Shown here piece after piece: positions 1-13,300 of a stretch of DNA of 64,000 nt. Below the pieces are notes generated by a model. It made no database searches. It saw only the letters and a program-made list of their open reading frames with translations, and was not told the DNA's origin. How positions within the stretch are numbered: the first letter of the stretch is position 1; the number at the start of each line of letters is the position of its first letter. Position numbers and translations under genes: made by a program. Source of the DNA: Ramazzottius varieornatus (lineage: Eukaryota > Animalia > Tardigrada); contig BDGG01000003.1 of NCBI GenBank assembly GCA_001949185.1, positions 3,331,158 through 3,395,157 of the forward strand, written 5' to 3'.

Positions 1-3000
1 TATAGAGGATGAAGAAATGAGAACGATCACCTCCCAAGTTTTATTTTCGTGTGGGCCTACCATAAGTTCTGTCGCGTAGTACATGGCGCTCGTATAGCGA
101 TAGCTATAGGACGCGTTTTCGGCTGTATTGCGGCTGTCCGGTTTGACCATTCCGGGAGGATAGTCAACACCCCACGAGGTCTCCATAGTCCCGTAGCACT
201 CTGACGGGTCACAGGCAGTCAGGAACAACGCCACCGCACACATCTGTGTAAACATCGCGATGTACATGGTGAACTTCATGATCCTAACATGGGTTATGCT
301 ATTATTCAGGTCCGCGCCGATATGATCGAAGAAGTTCGGCAGAGTCAGGACGCGTAATGCTCGGTTGACCTTCAGGTACCCCAACAGCTTGAAAACCCTC
401 TTGGCGCCGCCATCACCCGCCAACCCGGCTACCGCGAAGATCTCTATGGGGAAGACAGCTAGCAAGTCTGTGTAACATCCCCATGATTTGAGATACGTCA
501 ACGCCATCGTTCTATGATCGGTAATCTTCCCGTTGGCTGTGACTATCTGGGTGACGAAGTTAAGGCCGTAGTCCACGATGAAAAAGATGTCCATGACATA
601 GTCGAAGAATATTAGCATGATCCCAGAGGTCGCCACCGCGTTGATTTCGTCGTTAGTAAGACCACTGTTGATGCGGGTGTTCAGTCCGAGAAGGTCATCG
701 TAGCTCTGAAAGAATCCAACATAGGTGTTGAGGAAAAAGGTGCAGACCACCATTGCGATCAGACAGCGTTCCCAGAAGTAGTGGAAGAGTCCTTCCGGGT
801 CGACGCTGAAGTCGTAAACGATGGTCTTCATCCACCGGAAGCGAGCGGAAAACTGCTGCCGTATTGTTCCCATATTGTATTCTACCTGTCAAATACATAA
901 CTATAACCATGGCTTTCGATACCACGGACGTGTTATGCTGTTTACCATTTCATCCATCGGATCGCGAATCTTGAAGAGCTCCATGGATTTAGAGACTTTC
1001 AGTGTTTCTTGAGGACGGTCGATGTTCAGCGCGGTCATCAATGGACGTAGGTTGGCTCCCATGTCGTATTTCAGCTCTTCGATCCTGGCCGATAGCTCCT
1101 TCTGTTCCCGCTTCCGCTTGGCGATACCGACCTCATCGAGCGCGCTATCCACGTTCTTGTTGTGGCTTGCGATCCCTGTCTTCTCTTCTGTTCGTGTCTG
1201 CAAGAAAACCTTCTGTTTAAAGCACTTCCGGCGACGGACCAAGTTCAACCCCGGTAGCCCTGGGTGTCCAACCCGTAGGGACGTAGCCCTTAGTCGATGG
1301 TTACCCATGACCCACATTGTCCCAGGGGCGTTTGACACCTTCTGGTTCCTGTCGTATTTTAACCTCGGGGTTCGGTACCAGCTTGTTCATTGTTGTGGTT
1401 TTCTGAGTTATAAATTTATCGTCGTGTAACACAGTGACAGTGCTAAAGTCGACCTTCCTCCCAGGTTGTTTCCGCTACTTCCGTACGAGCTTAGTTTACT
1501 GTGCACTTACCCGCAATTCGTCCGCTATATCGGGATAGACAGCCAAGCAGTCCATCAGATCCTCGGTACGGAGGACCACGAGGTCGCAGTGAGCGATGGC
1601 GCGGATGGAGCATTTGCGGGGCATCCTTGTGATTAGGTTGATCTCACCGAACAATTTTCCAGACTTCAACAAAACAACTGGGACTTCATTCTCGTCGTCG
1701 CTCAGGATTTCGAGCTCACCATTCTGGATGTAAACCTGCAGAAAGGTAAGTCATTATTATGCTTCAGAGAACCGTCAACCGAACCGGTATTTTCCTTCGT
1801 TTATTTTGCAGGTTATGTACCATGAGATCGCTAAGCTCTCCTTTCTTCATGATCTGCTGTCCGGGAAGCGCCAGCATCGGCTTGAACTTGAGGCTTAACA
1901 TCCGCAAGAAGCCAGGATTCAAGTTTTGGAAAAGAGGAGACTTCTCGATGATCTGTCCAGAAATTTCAAGCGCGATCTCCGACCTGCGGAGATGTTAAGG
2001 TGAGAATCTTTTATTTTTCAACAAAAGTGGGCGTTTTCAAGCGAAAATGGTCAGTACCTTCTGACCTGAGTGCAAAAGGAAGCTCATCAAAAAGGTTTTC
2101 CGTGCTCATGCCTTTGCTTCTCTTCCACAGATAGTTATAAAACTCCGTGACGTTTTGCACCAGTTGCGTTGACTGATTTTGATCTCGTAGGTAATTCAGA
2201 ATGGCGGATATCCGATGCTGATAACGGAATCGAATGGAATCCGAGTTCGTTAAGATCGAAGTAAGGCTCCCTTGTACCAATCCAAAAAGCATAAACATCC
2301 CGCTGAACTGGGCGAAGATGCAGAATAACATTTCTGGTTGTAGGATAGCATGAACGTCTCCCAACCTACGGAAGAAACTCCCATTAAAGACGCCGGTAAA
2401 AGCAGGTGAGGAAATTGATCGAACGTGTTACGTACCCGGCAGTCGTCATGGTCGTTACTGCCCAGTACAACGAATAGAAATATCGGTCTCCCACAGTGGC
2501 GTTTAGTCTGACAAGGTCGGTCATGTTATGCCTTCTGAAATACTCTGTCGATCCTTCTCCGTGGTCGAGGATTCCTGCGAAGATATTTCTATTCCCTACT
2601 CCTCCATAGCTTGAAACCGACCACCAAGTCGTATTCGAGCCGGAGTAAATCCAGGAAGGAGCGATACAGTAGCTCCTTTCCTCAAAGATTTGGCTGTAGT
2701 GAGCACAGGCCATCAGGTACCAGATACAGGCTGAAACGTGAACGAGGAGCCAGGACATGATGGCGTAGTAGGTTCCTTTGATCGCTGCGAGAGGAGCTCC
2801 AACTCTCCCCTCCATGATGCTGAGGAACTGTACAAGAAAAAGATCTGAATTAGAAGACTTTCCATGCAGGGAAAAAACGACAAGCACGCTGCTTCAATCA
2901 TGCGTCTACCTGCATACACGGCATTACCATTCAACGCGGCGTCTATGTGCGCAGGTGCATGACACCAGAAAGCCTTTTTTTAGTGTTTGAACTTACCCGG

Positions 3001-3654
3001 ATGATTTTGTACCCGCTGATGATCCGGTTGATCCGTGCATAGCCTAGGTAAGGAAGTTGGATATACTGTGAACTGGCATCCGTGTACAGGATGGAGATGA
3101 CGTCCGTCGGGACCAACGCCAGTATGTCCAGTAGGAACCAGGATTTAAGGTAGTCGTCCAGTCGTGAGTTGCCCTTCCTGAGCTCGACATTCCTTATGTC
3201 CGTTCTGTAGGCATTCATGATGCTGGCGCAGATATCCAGTACGGAGAGCACGTCCAACGTGTAGGTCGTAGCCAGCACGGTGATGTCGAAGGGATCGAAG
3301 GCGGCGTAAAAGCTGACGAGCGAGAACTGCAAGACTGCTAGAAAGGCTACTATACCATCCCAGATGCGGAAGTAGTGAGCTTGAATCCGGCGATCTTGGT
3401 ACGAAGACCAACCTGTCGAAAGTACATCGTTACATACTCACAGCTCGTTGCATAAGTGCGAGTCAAAGATGTTGTTTCCGCTTAGACGAACCCCAGTCAA
3501 TGTGTTCAACTGACCCAACTTGTGGGATAATTTTCATAGAGTAAGCACGTTTCCGGGCTTCCGCTTCCGCTGCTTTCTTAGCAGCCGGGGTTTCTTTGTC
3601 TTTCTTCGAATCATTGCCTTTCTTCCGATGGTGGTGATGATGATGCTTTGCCAT
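1..3654 (-). CDS. CNGK/tetraKCNG-like cyclic nucleotide-binding K+ channel, paralogue A (multi-exon; 3' part runs off the window)
   Basis: Spliced ORFs give S1-S6, pore (YWAVTTMTTAG|LGD), C-linker and CNBD (GKLFGEINLITRMPR, ~1615-1660). The linker RPQETLKVSKSMELFKIRDPMDE and a second TM repeat follow, reaching pore helix YYATELM at ~61. Collinear with and similar to the gene at 4349. Confidence 0.85.
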
Positions 3655-4348
3655 CTTCGGCAGGTATTACAACCAAAGTGTTGTCGGTAGAGTATTGGTC
3701 ACTCTTGCGGTCTTGTTGTTCCTGTCATCTGCATCGGAATATACGACTTTACCCAACCGGAAGGATGATTTACGATCGAACAACTTTGAAGAGAAAATCT
3801 GGGCACGAACTGTCTCATTAAATGTCAGACTTGAACTAAGATGGGCTTCTGGGCTTGAACTAGGATTCGGAAAGATACAGTATTAGTGTACACGATTACC
3901 ATTCACATTATGTCACCCGTTCCTTCAGCAAATCCTTGCCTCGTAAGCTGACGATGTCTTTTCGTGAACGATGGTCATAACTACTGTTGCATGGATTGTT
4001 GAAACTCTCTTGTTCGCAGGCAACGGGACCGGAAGAGACCACATTTGTAGCTGGCACCCAAGCAAAACCTGGACAAACCTCGACGCCTGGATAAACAGCA
4101 TCGACGGGTACGTCAGATAAAATCGGGTGTGAGGCCGCTCTTATCACGTCCCTACATACCTTAAAGTACTTTGAAGTTTCGACTCATCGTTTGTGGAGAT
4201 CGTACAGAAGAACCATGGTGATCTGACGTAATGGGAAATTCAATCACGATGTTGTAGTTTTCACCAGTCGACGCAGCCCGAAAATCTCAGGAGCTTCTGG
4301 AGGTTGTCGGCATTCTGATCACCTAGCAGTTGTCCCTTTTACTGAGTA

Positions 4349-7300
4349 ATGGCTCTTTTGATCAAGTATGTGCAGAGCAAGTCCAGGACCAAGAAGGGAT
4401 GGACCGGTGTGGAGAACCTGGGCGACGATGAGAAGCGGACCAAGATGGGTCGCATGGACGAGATCGAATGGGGCTGGCTAGCTTACGAGCGGAAAGAGCG
4501 GCGAGCCCACTGGTTCCGCATGTGGGATAGCTTCATCGCTGCCGTGGTCACTCTGCAAGTCACCTTGATCAGCTTCCTGATCGCCTTCAACCCCAACGAC
4601 ATGTACGTCACCGTCGCCAGCTACATCCTGGACGAGTTCAACGTGATCGACATATGCGTGAATGTATGGCGCAACGCTCAGCACGACTTACGAAGCGCAG
4701 AGTTCCGGCGAGGGCGGTGTCGGTTGGATAAGTACATTAACAAGAGATTCGTGGTGGATGTCCTGGCTGTGATGCCGACTGACATCTTCTGTTATGCGGT
4801 GTATTTCGTACTGGGATCTACACAAGTCATGCCGGCGTTGGCCGGATGCAGAGCTAACCGCTTACTTTGCTTGTACAAAGTATTTCGTGTAAGTGAAAGG
4901 TGAGAATCAAAGTGTTCACTTCTACATGTTGATATTATTTTCTCGATATTGGTGACGTCGGCAGATGATGTGAACGTGATCGTTGTCTCAAGTGGCGCGC
5001 GTTTTCATTGTTATAACCTGAAAGTGTGCGCCACTGGAGAAAACCATCACAATCAAGTCGTTCGCCAACGTTAAATTTGTCTTCTCGCGGTCTGTTCTCG
5101 TTAGGGGTCATTTATAAGTGTATTGTCTTGGTAGTACCTAAACTTCTTGGAGTCGCATGTGGGTGCTCGCATGGTGGCCATCCGAAGCCTGACGTACGCC
5201 TGTTTGTCATGGTTCATTCTCCACCTGTCGGCCTGTGTGTGGTACCTCATTCCGTGCCACAGCTGGAGCTTCCTCTTTGAGGACGTCATTCTCTGTTCGG
5301 CGCCTTCATGGATCTACAGCGGATACAACGCGACGTCCGACCCCGTCACCGTCTATAATTTTACGGAAAAGTCCATGACCAACAAGAATATCTATGGTGA
5401 GTTCACATTCCTCAAATTCAGGACAGTACCATCTTCAATCTGGTTCATCTGGACTTTCTGGTTACCAGCCGGGCGTTTCGATCATGGACTTGGAACAACG
5501 AATTGGGTTATCGTTAATGCCACAGTTGCTCAGACTTACGTTTACTCGCTGTACTGGACCATAACGACCGCGACCACTGTTGGGTACGTAACTCTTTTGG
5601 AGTAAATCTGATACAGTCTCGGTGTTGTTACTGTTGTGGAAGTCCTAGTTCATCACTCGCTGTAGGCTGGGGGATGTTCATGGAGTGACTCTGGGCGAGA
5701 GAATTTTCTCGCTCTTCGTGCAGCTGGAAGGTACCCTGGTTCTCTTCGGTCTAATTCAGGGTGGTATCACTTCCATGCTGACCAACTTTGACGTTAACCA
5801 GTTCCGGTACAAGATGCGCGTAATGGCCATCATCAAGTACCTGCAGGACCAGAATCAGCCTTCGGAATTGGCTCGAGTGGTGACCAACTTCTACCGGTAC
5901 CTGTGGGAGAGGAGCAGAGGCATGTCCAGTTCCGGCCTGTTCGACCAGTTACCGTTCGCTCTGAGATCTGAGATATCGATGGAACTGACGGGACAGATTT
6001 TCGATAAGTCACCGCTGTTCCAGAATATCAACGCCAGCTTTCTGAGGATGCTCAGTCTAAAGTTCCGACCCATGTTGGCACTTCCAGATCAGATAGTCAT
6101 GCAGCGCGGTGAATTGGTACGGTATTCAAAAATCCGTTTGCAGTTCCGTTTCCGGTTTGAAAATCCGGGATGCCTACAGACGAAACGTACAAGATCGTTA
6201 TGTCAGGTGGCGCAGGCTTGCAGGCAGTAACAATGATAAAGTGCGTCTCATGAGATCTTGTGCGTTTCGTTCTACCGACCCCGTTTGAGCTGTTGATGGA
6301 GACTTTGTTTTGCCTTGTAGTGCGACTTGATGGTCTATGTTCAGAAAGGCGAGTTAGAAGTTCTTAGTGATGACGAACTGGAAATACCGACCATGCTGAT
6401 GAAACCAGGAAAGCTAGTGGGAGAAGTTAACCTCATAACCAGAATGCCCAGAAAGTACTCCATCCGGGCCATTGGTCATTGTGATTTAGTCGTACTGAAG
6501 ACGGAAGACCTTATGGCTTGTCTACACGCCTATCCAGACGTCGCTGAAGAACTTCGGGTAGATTATCCGATTTAGAATGTCTTCCGGACAGTTTAATTAA
6601 CAGAGCTGTGTATTTGTAGCACAGAGCTGAAGAGCGCGCAGGTATGTCACACGAACAGGCCGATCGTCCTCACGAGGGCGTTTTAGCGAGTGCCGAGACC
6701 TTCGAGTCTGCCAAACAGAAGAAACAACAGAAGGATCTAGCAGACCGTCTGAAAGAGTACGAACCAAGAATGGGTACCAACATGCGGTCCTTACTCTCCT
6801 CATTCAAGATTCGTCGTCCACAAGAAACCCTGAAGATCTCAAAGTCTATGGAGCTCTACCGGATTCGAGACCCGATGGACGAACTCGTAGAGTTCCACAC
6901 CAGCACACTGTCTGGTCGTATGAAGTCCCGTTACAGGAGTCTGCGTCAAGCGTATGGAGACTTTAGCATCGACCCTGATGGCTTGTTTTACTATTTCTGG
7001 GAACGGTTGATATTCATCGTGATTATCATCACGTTCTTTCTGTACATCTACGTGGCATTTTTCCAAAGTTATGACGATCTTTTCACGTCGACTTCCGGTT
7101 ATGTGATACTGACGTTTGGATACATTATGGATATTTTGGTGGCGGTGGACTTTGGCTTTAGCTTCTTCAAGCAGATCAACACGGCCAACGGCAAGATAAA
7201 AGACCATGGCGCCACAGTCGCTGCTTATGTCCACTCTGGTCAGTACTCGTACTGCAAAAAGAGAAAACGACATCCTTGCGTTAGTTTTGTTCTTCAATTC

Positions 7301-10300
7301 CTATTTTGATTATCAGTTCATGTTATCTTATTTATCATTATCAACTTTTTTATTATTGATTTTGGGAAATGAATGGAACTTATTGTTATTTTAAGTGGCG
7401 CGCACTTTTGTTGTTACTGGCTGAAGGTGTGCGCCACTTGGAAGCATGATCATGTCCAAGTCACTTGACGATGATTCATTTTATGTAGGTTTTTGTTGTG
7501 ACTAAATTTCACTCGTTTTTTAGCACAGTTCTGGATTGATTTGGCGGCGCTTCTGCCTCTCGAAATCCTCGTGGTGGGACTCGTTCTATATCCGTCGGAA
7601 TCCGAGAATGATTTCTACACACGGCAAACACAGACCTTGGGCTACCTTCGGCTGAATCGCTGTCTGAAGATCCTGGTCATCCCGAAGTTTTTCGACAGAA
7701 TCCAGAATGACTTGACCACCTCGACAGCCATGGTCAGGCTAGTTAAGTTCTCCATATACATTCTGGTCAGTGCCCAACTGGGTGCGGCTCTGCTGATTGG
7801 CGGAAGCTGTACTCCAAGCATGTGTCCTACTGACAAAGCTGTGGCATGGACCGCTCCCGTCCCTCCGAATATCACCACGGACTCCACGTCAGAAGACCGA
7901 TACCGAGCTGCACTGTACTATGCGGTGACGTTACTGACCACCACGGGATATGGTGACATCTTCCCGGTAACTTTTGTTTGGCGATAGGGGGAGCCACCTT
8001 TATTACTCTAACGTACGAACGATGGTTTTCGTATTACAGCACAATATCCTCGAACAGTGTATCGCCAGTGCAGGTACGGGAATTGTTAATTTTTCTCTAG
8101 AGATATTTTTCTTATATGTGATCGAAAGTCGGTCTCCAGAAATGACGCTGAAACCCGTTATTCCTTTTGTAGTCATGCTTTTGGGAGTTCTTGTCTACGG
8201 ATATGCCATCGCCGTGCTAACAGCTACACTGGCGAACCTTGATGGTCCTCGAGTGGAGTTTCAAGACCGCCTCTTCGCGCTGAAGAACTTTATGGAGCAC
8301 AATAAAATGGCGGAAACGGTAGATAATTCCCCGTTCATTCATCTGTACAGAAAGGTAGACCAGCTTCATAGTTTCGGAAGCGCCAATCTGTTTCACATGT
8401 ACAGGTCAAGCAACGAGCCATGGATTCTGTCGCCTTGTTGTGGACTATCACGAGGGGAGAGGACGTACCGGGCGTGAAATCCATGACGTACGATCTGCCG
8501 GGTAAGTTAGTACTCCATCGGATTAATTATGGTTTCTGGTGTTTCATAAAGCCTTTTTTCTGCAGCTCATTTAACGGAAGAAATCCAGGTGGAAGACCTC
8601 ATTCACCTGGTGGCGGGAGTACCCATCTTCAAGAACCTGGAGGAACACATCCTGAAAGCCTTTGCTCCTGCCATCCAGCGGTATCTCTTCCCACCAGGAG
8701 AGTTCATTATTCAACATGGCGACTTAATTCACGAGCTCTTTGTCATTCGACGTGGTGTATGTCAAATCTACCACCCAGAACATGCTAGTATGGTCATTGG
8801 TGAACTACACCCTGGGATGTACTTTGGCGAGATCGGATTTCTTTTCAACAAGAATGAGATTACCAGCGTCAAGACGGTTACTCACTGTGAAGTTCTCACC
8901 ATTCCCAGATCAGAGTTCGACAAAGCGGTCTCCGGCGTTCGCTGGTTCTCGCACCAAATGACGGTAGGTCTTTGCCTTGTGGCAGCTAGATGAATTGGGA
9001 GGAAATAGTAAAGCTTAATTACTATTCGTTGCAGTTGATCGGCCAGAATACTCGCTATTATGAAGATATGGTTTCGGCCGGTGAGTATCCATTCTGTCTC
9101 ACGATAGACGGCGGTAGTTCTATCACGGTAACCGACATAGTCTGGTCGTGAAGAACTGCGGGTCGAGATTAGGCGAGATTAGTTGAGACCTGCGGCAGCA
9201 GCGCTCAATAACCGCCGTTGGTGATGATAGTGAGTCGATGCTATTCAATACTTCTTTTTTGCGAGATTATCGCTGGTTAGATATGTGTCTTCCCAGAAAA
9301 CATGTTTCTAGTCAGCCGTCAGATTTCAGGAGACGATCAAACGTAAGTTTTCTTGTAGCTCGGCAGGCAAAACCGCTGGTCAAGAAGAAGCGGGAAGAGT
9401 CTCTGATTCGTCTAACCAAAGCGCAAAAGCGCCGACTGGAGTTTCGGGACGACTTCAACTCGCTCAGTGTTCACTACTTAACCTATCGCGCTTACAGGCT
9501 GCTGCTGAACTACACCTTCGCCGTCGACGGGCGATTTCTGTACATATCGGAAATTATCCGCGTACTCGAGTCCACACTTCTCTTCATACTGGTCCTGATC
9601 CAAGTCACCTTCGACATCCAGGAAGTGTGGTACTTTGTCATCCTGTACCTCTTGGACCTGTATGCCATGGTCGACATCTACATCAAGTTCCACGTCCAGT
9701 ACTACAACGAAACCAACGTCTTGGTGACCCATCCCTATATGACAGCAAGGCGCTACCTTCGGTCGAACTTCTGGTTGGATCTACTGGCTGTCATTCCCTT
9801 AGAGATGGCGCTGCTGTTCATGCCGGGTGGTACCACCTTGAGACCGGACTTGATCCGGTGGGCCATGTACTTGCGGCTGAACAGAACATTGCAAATCTAC
9901 AGGGTCCCTCTTGCCTTCGCTTTCATGGCAAGTATCTCTTTCGTCCTTCACCTATGGCTTTGACCATCTTTTTTATCGTAGGAAGCGGATATTAAGCGGG
10001 AACAAGCCACGACGTTCCTGATGAAGTTCACCAACTATTTCATTATAGTTGTCTTTTTCGCCATGTCGATGCCGTTGATTGTCGATTGTGACCTTGATCC
10101 TTGTGGAATAGACATTTCTCTATGCAGTAAGTTTTAGATTTTCAACCTGATCAGTTCGCAAAATGAACCTGCACTGTCCGGTCAGATAACTGAGTTGAGG
10201 CTTGATGTAGTGAATGGTAGGTGTTTGTTTTTATTGGCCGGTCAGATCGAGTTATGAAGCTGACTGGTCACTTCACGATTTTGTCTACGGTGTTTTGTAG

Positions 10301-13300
10301 ATGCAACAAGTTTCAACTACACCGCTACAAGGCTTTGCATGGACTCCAGCTATTTGAACACAACCAACGTTACCAGCGCCGATACCCCATGGACGCAGTT
10401 CGTCGTCGGATTCTACTGGGCGGTAACCACCACCGCCGTGGTTGGCTACGGCGACATCTACGCCGCCAGCTCTAACGAGCGAGTGCTCTTCCTGGTGACC
10501 ATGATCACCGGCTACGGATTCTTCGGCTACATCATCGCTAGCATCGCAGCCGCGCAAGCCAATTCGGATGCCAGGAGGTCTCGGTTCTTCGACCGCTTGA
10601 TGGCGGTCAAGCAGTACATGCAGCATGAGCACCTGCCCAAGAAACTACGAGAGAGGATTCTGCATTACTACGAGTACCTGTGGCTGAGAACCAATGGTGT
10701 CGACCCCAAGACTCTCATTATAGGGTTACCCCCGTCGTTAACTGCTGAACTGGCGCTGCAGCTGTATAAAAAAGTCATTGAGCAGGTGGCTATTTTCAAG
10801 AATACTCCGACCGGGTTGAAGAAGATGTTAGCTGCGATCGTAAAGCCATTATACATTATGGAGGGAGAATATGTCATAAGAGTGGACGACACTGGATCAG
10901 ACCTATTTTTCCTCTTTCGGGGTACAATTTTCATTGTTCGTTTTTTCACGTTATTTTTTCCACTTTTGTCCTATAATTCTCGTTTAATTAGGAGGCCGGC
11001 AAACGAAGCGTACAAGATTGTAGTATCAGCTGGCGCAGGTTGTGGCTGATATTAGCTGGTGGCGTACGCCACCTGAGATGGCGACCTTGTGTACTTCGTT
11101 TGCCGTCTCCCTCCCGACTATTATTGGGAAGTGTATTCATCGTCGGTGTTTTCGACAGGGACGATCGAGGTTCACTACTGTAATGGTGTCAAGTCTTCCC
11201 AGCTGGTGCGAACCGGCAGAATGTTGGGCGAGGTGGCGTTCTTCACCAACGAAGTCTCAAAGATATCCTGCAAGGCGAAGGAAAACAGCGACCTATACTA
11301 CGTCACCCGTACCGAGTTCGACAACATCCTGGAACACTTCCCCGAGATCAAAGACAGCTTGATGGAAGAGCTACACGCCGCTATGGAGAAGGACGACGAG
11401 TTCAAGATGAATACCACCAAGAATATCTCTCGCGATGTGGTAACTCAGAAGAGGAAGGGCTATCGCGACTCCTTGGCTGCGGTCAGGAAGAAAAAACTCC
11501 CGCTCAAACAGTGGGGGAAGACGGTTATGAAGCACACGTTCCGGCCTGACGATCAGTTCATCCGATACTTTTGCCGTTATTTGGTCAACGCTTTACGAGT
11601 CATTTCCGTCATGGTCATTTTGTATCAGCCGGCCTTCGCACACTACGCAGATGGATTTTACGTTATTCACTACTTGCTGGAAGTTGTGTTTTTCGTGAGC
11701 CATATTTTGGAAACTCGGACGGGCTTCATCGACGAATTTGGTAGCCGAAATAATCATCATTTTGTTTTTAGCTTTTTCAACAACTGTTCCATCTGATACC
11801 AAATTCGTATGGGACTCTGAGAAACAGCGAACGATTTTACTGAGATCGCTATCTCAAGTGGCGCACATATTCGTTGTTATTAGTCAAGACCGTGCGTCAC
11901 TCAGGAACACGATCTGTGCGAATCGATTTGTTAACGTCCGATACTGTATCGAGTTCCTTATGGGTTTTTTCGTACCATTCTAAGTTGTTTGATTCTCAGC
12001 TGAAACTCGTTACTTTGAAGATTTTCTGTTTTTTCGTCTAGGGAACGAGGTGATGGCGAGAGATCGGATCATCAACCGCTACCTGAAAACTAAGCACGGA
12101 CTTTTGATGGACGTGATCACCTGCTTCCCCTACGAGATTTTCACGTTGGCATTTCCGCCATTCTTCCGCAGAAAAGCCTGGGCGTATCTCCAGTTGATCC
12201 GGGTACCCACTCGCTTGTACTGTGTCATCCGGTTCTTCAAACAGTGGCTGGCCGAACTGGACATCAACGTCCTCTTCGTGCGACTACTCTACACAATCAC
12301 CCAGCTCTTCCTGTGGCTCCACTTCTTCGCCTGCTTGGCGTACTATATCGCTTGTCCGGACGGACTATGCGCTAGCGAATCGTCGTGGGTCAGCCGGACC
12401 GAACTGAGAGACGACCACGAGCAACCTGACGGGTATGTGAGATATCAGATGAATTTCCTCCTCCTCCTTTCTTTGATTCATTCATTTCAATGAACCCCTT
12501 TCGGGGAGTCCTCGAAGGCCTTTTGGGCAGTTTCCGACTTCGGATGAGTGTTGCAACGGTACAAAAGTGCCTGTTCGCAGTTAAGGTAAGCAATGTCGCC
12601 AAAGAATAGCCACGGTACCGGGCTATCGCACTTCGATTCATCGGTGCACAGTCCGGTGCTGACCGATGGCGAGCTGAACCATACTCGGTGCCTTGCCTTA
12701 CCAGCGAAGTTCCACTATGAAACTTCCTCTTCAACAGACAGCTCTCGCTTCTGAAAAACCCGATCATTTAGGGCCTTCTGAAGTTTTCATTCTCGCCTAG
12801 TTTTTATTTTCTTGGATAGCGATGCCGTCGTTAATGAAAAGAAAAGAACTGCAGACTAAACATCTTAATACAAGATCGTCATCCCAAGTGGCGCATGCTT
12901 CCAGCCAGTAGCAATAAGAAAATGCGCCAGTAAAGGTGAAGATCTTTACGATCTGTTCACCGACCTCCCAGATGTAAACTGGATAAATCGCGGTCGGGTA
13001 ATGTTGTGGATCTGCTACAGGTACATCATTACGTTGTACTGGATCGTGACGACCGCCACGACCACCGGATACGGCGACATCGTGCCGCGGACCAACGGCG
13101 AGCGGTTCTTTATCTGCCTGGTACAAGTCATGGGAAAGTTCCTGTTTGGTATCATCGTTGGAGATATCGCTTCAACTCTAGCCAACTTGGAAATTAGCAG
13201 ACAGAACTTCGAGAGCAAGTTCCAGGCCATCCGGACGTACCTTTTGGACCAGCAAGCCAACCAGTCCATCATCGACCGCGTCCAGAAGTATTTCGACTAC

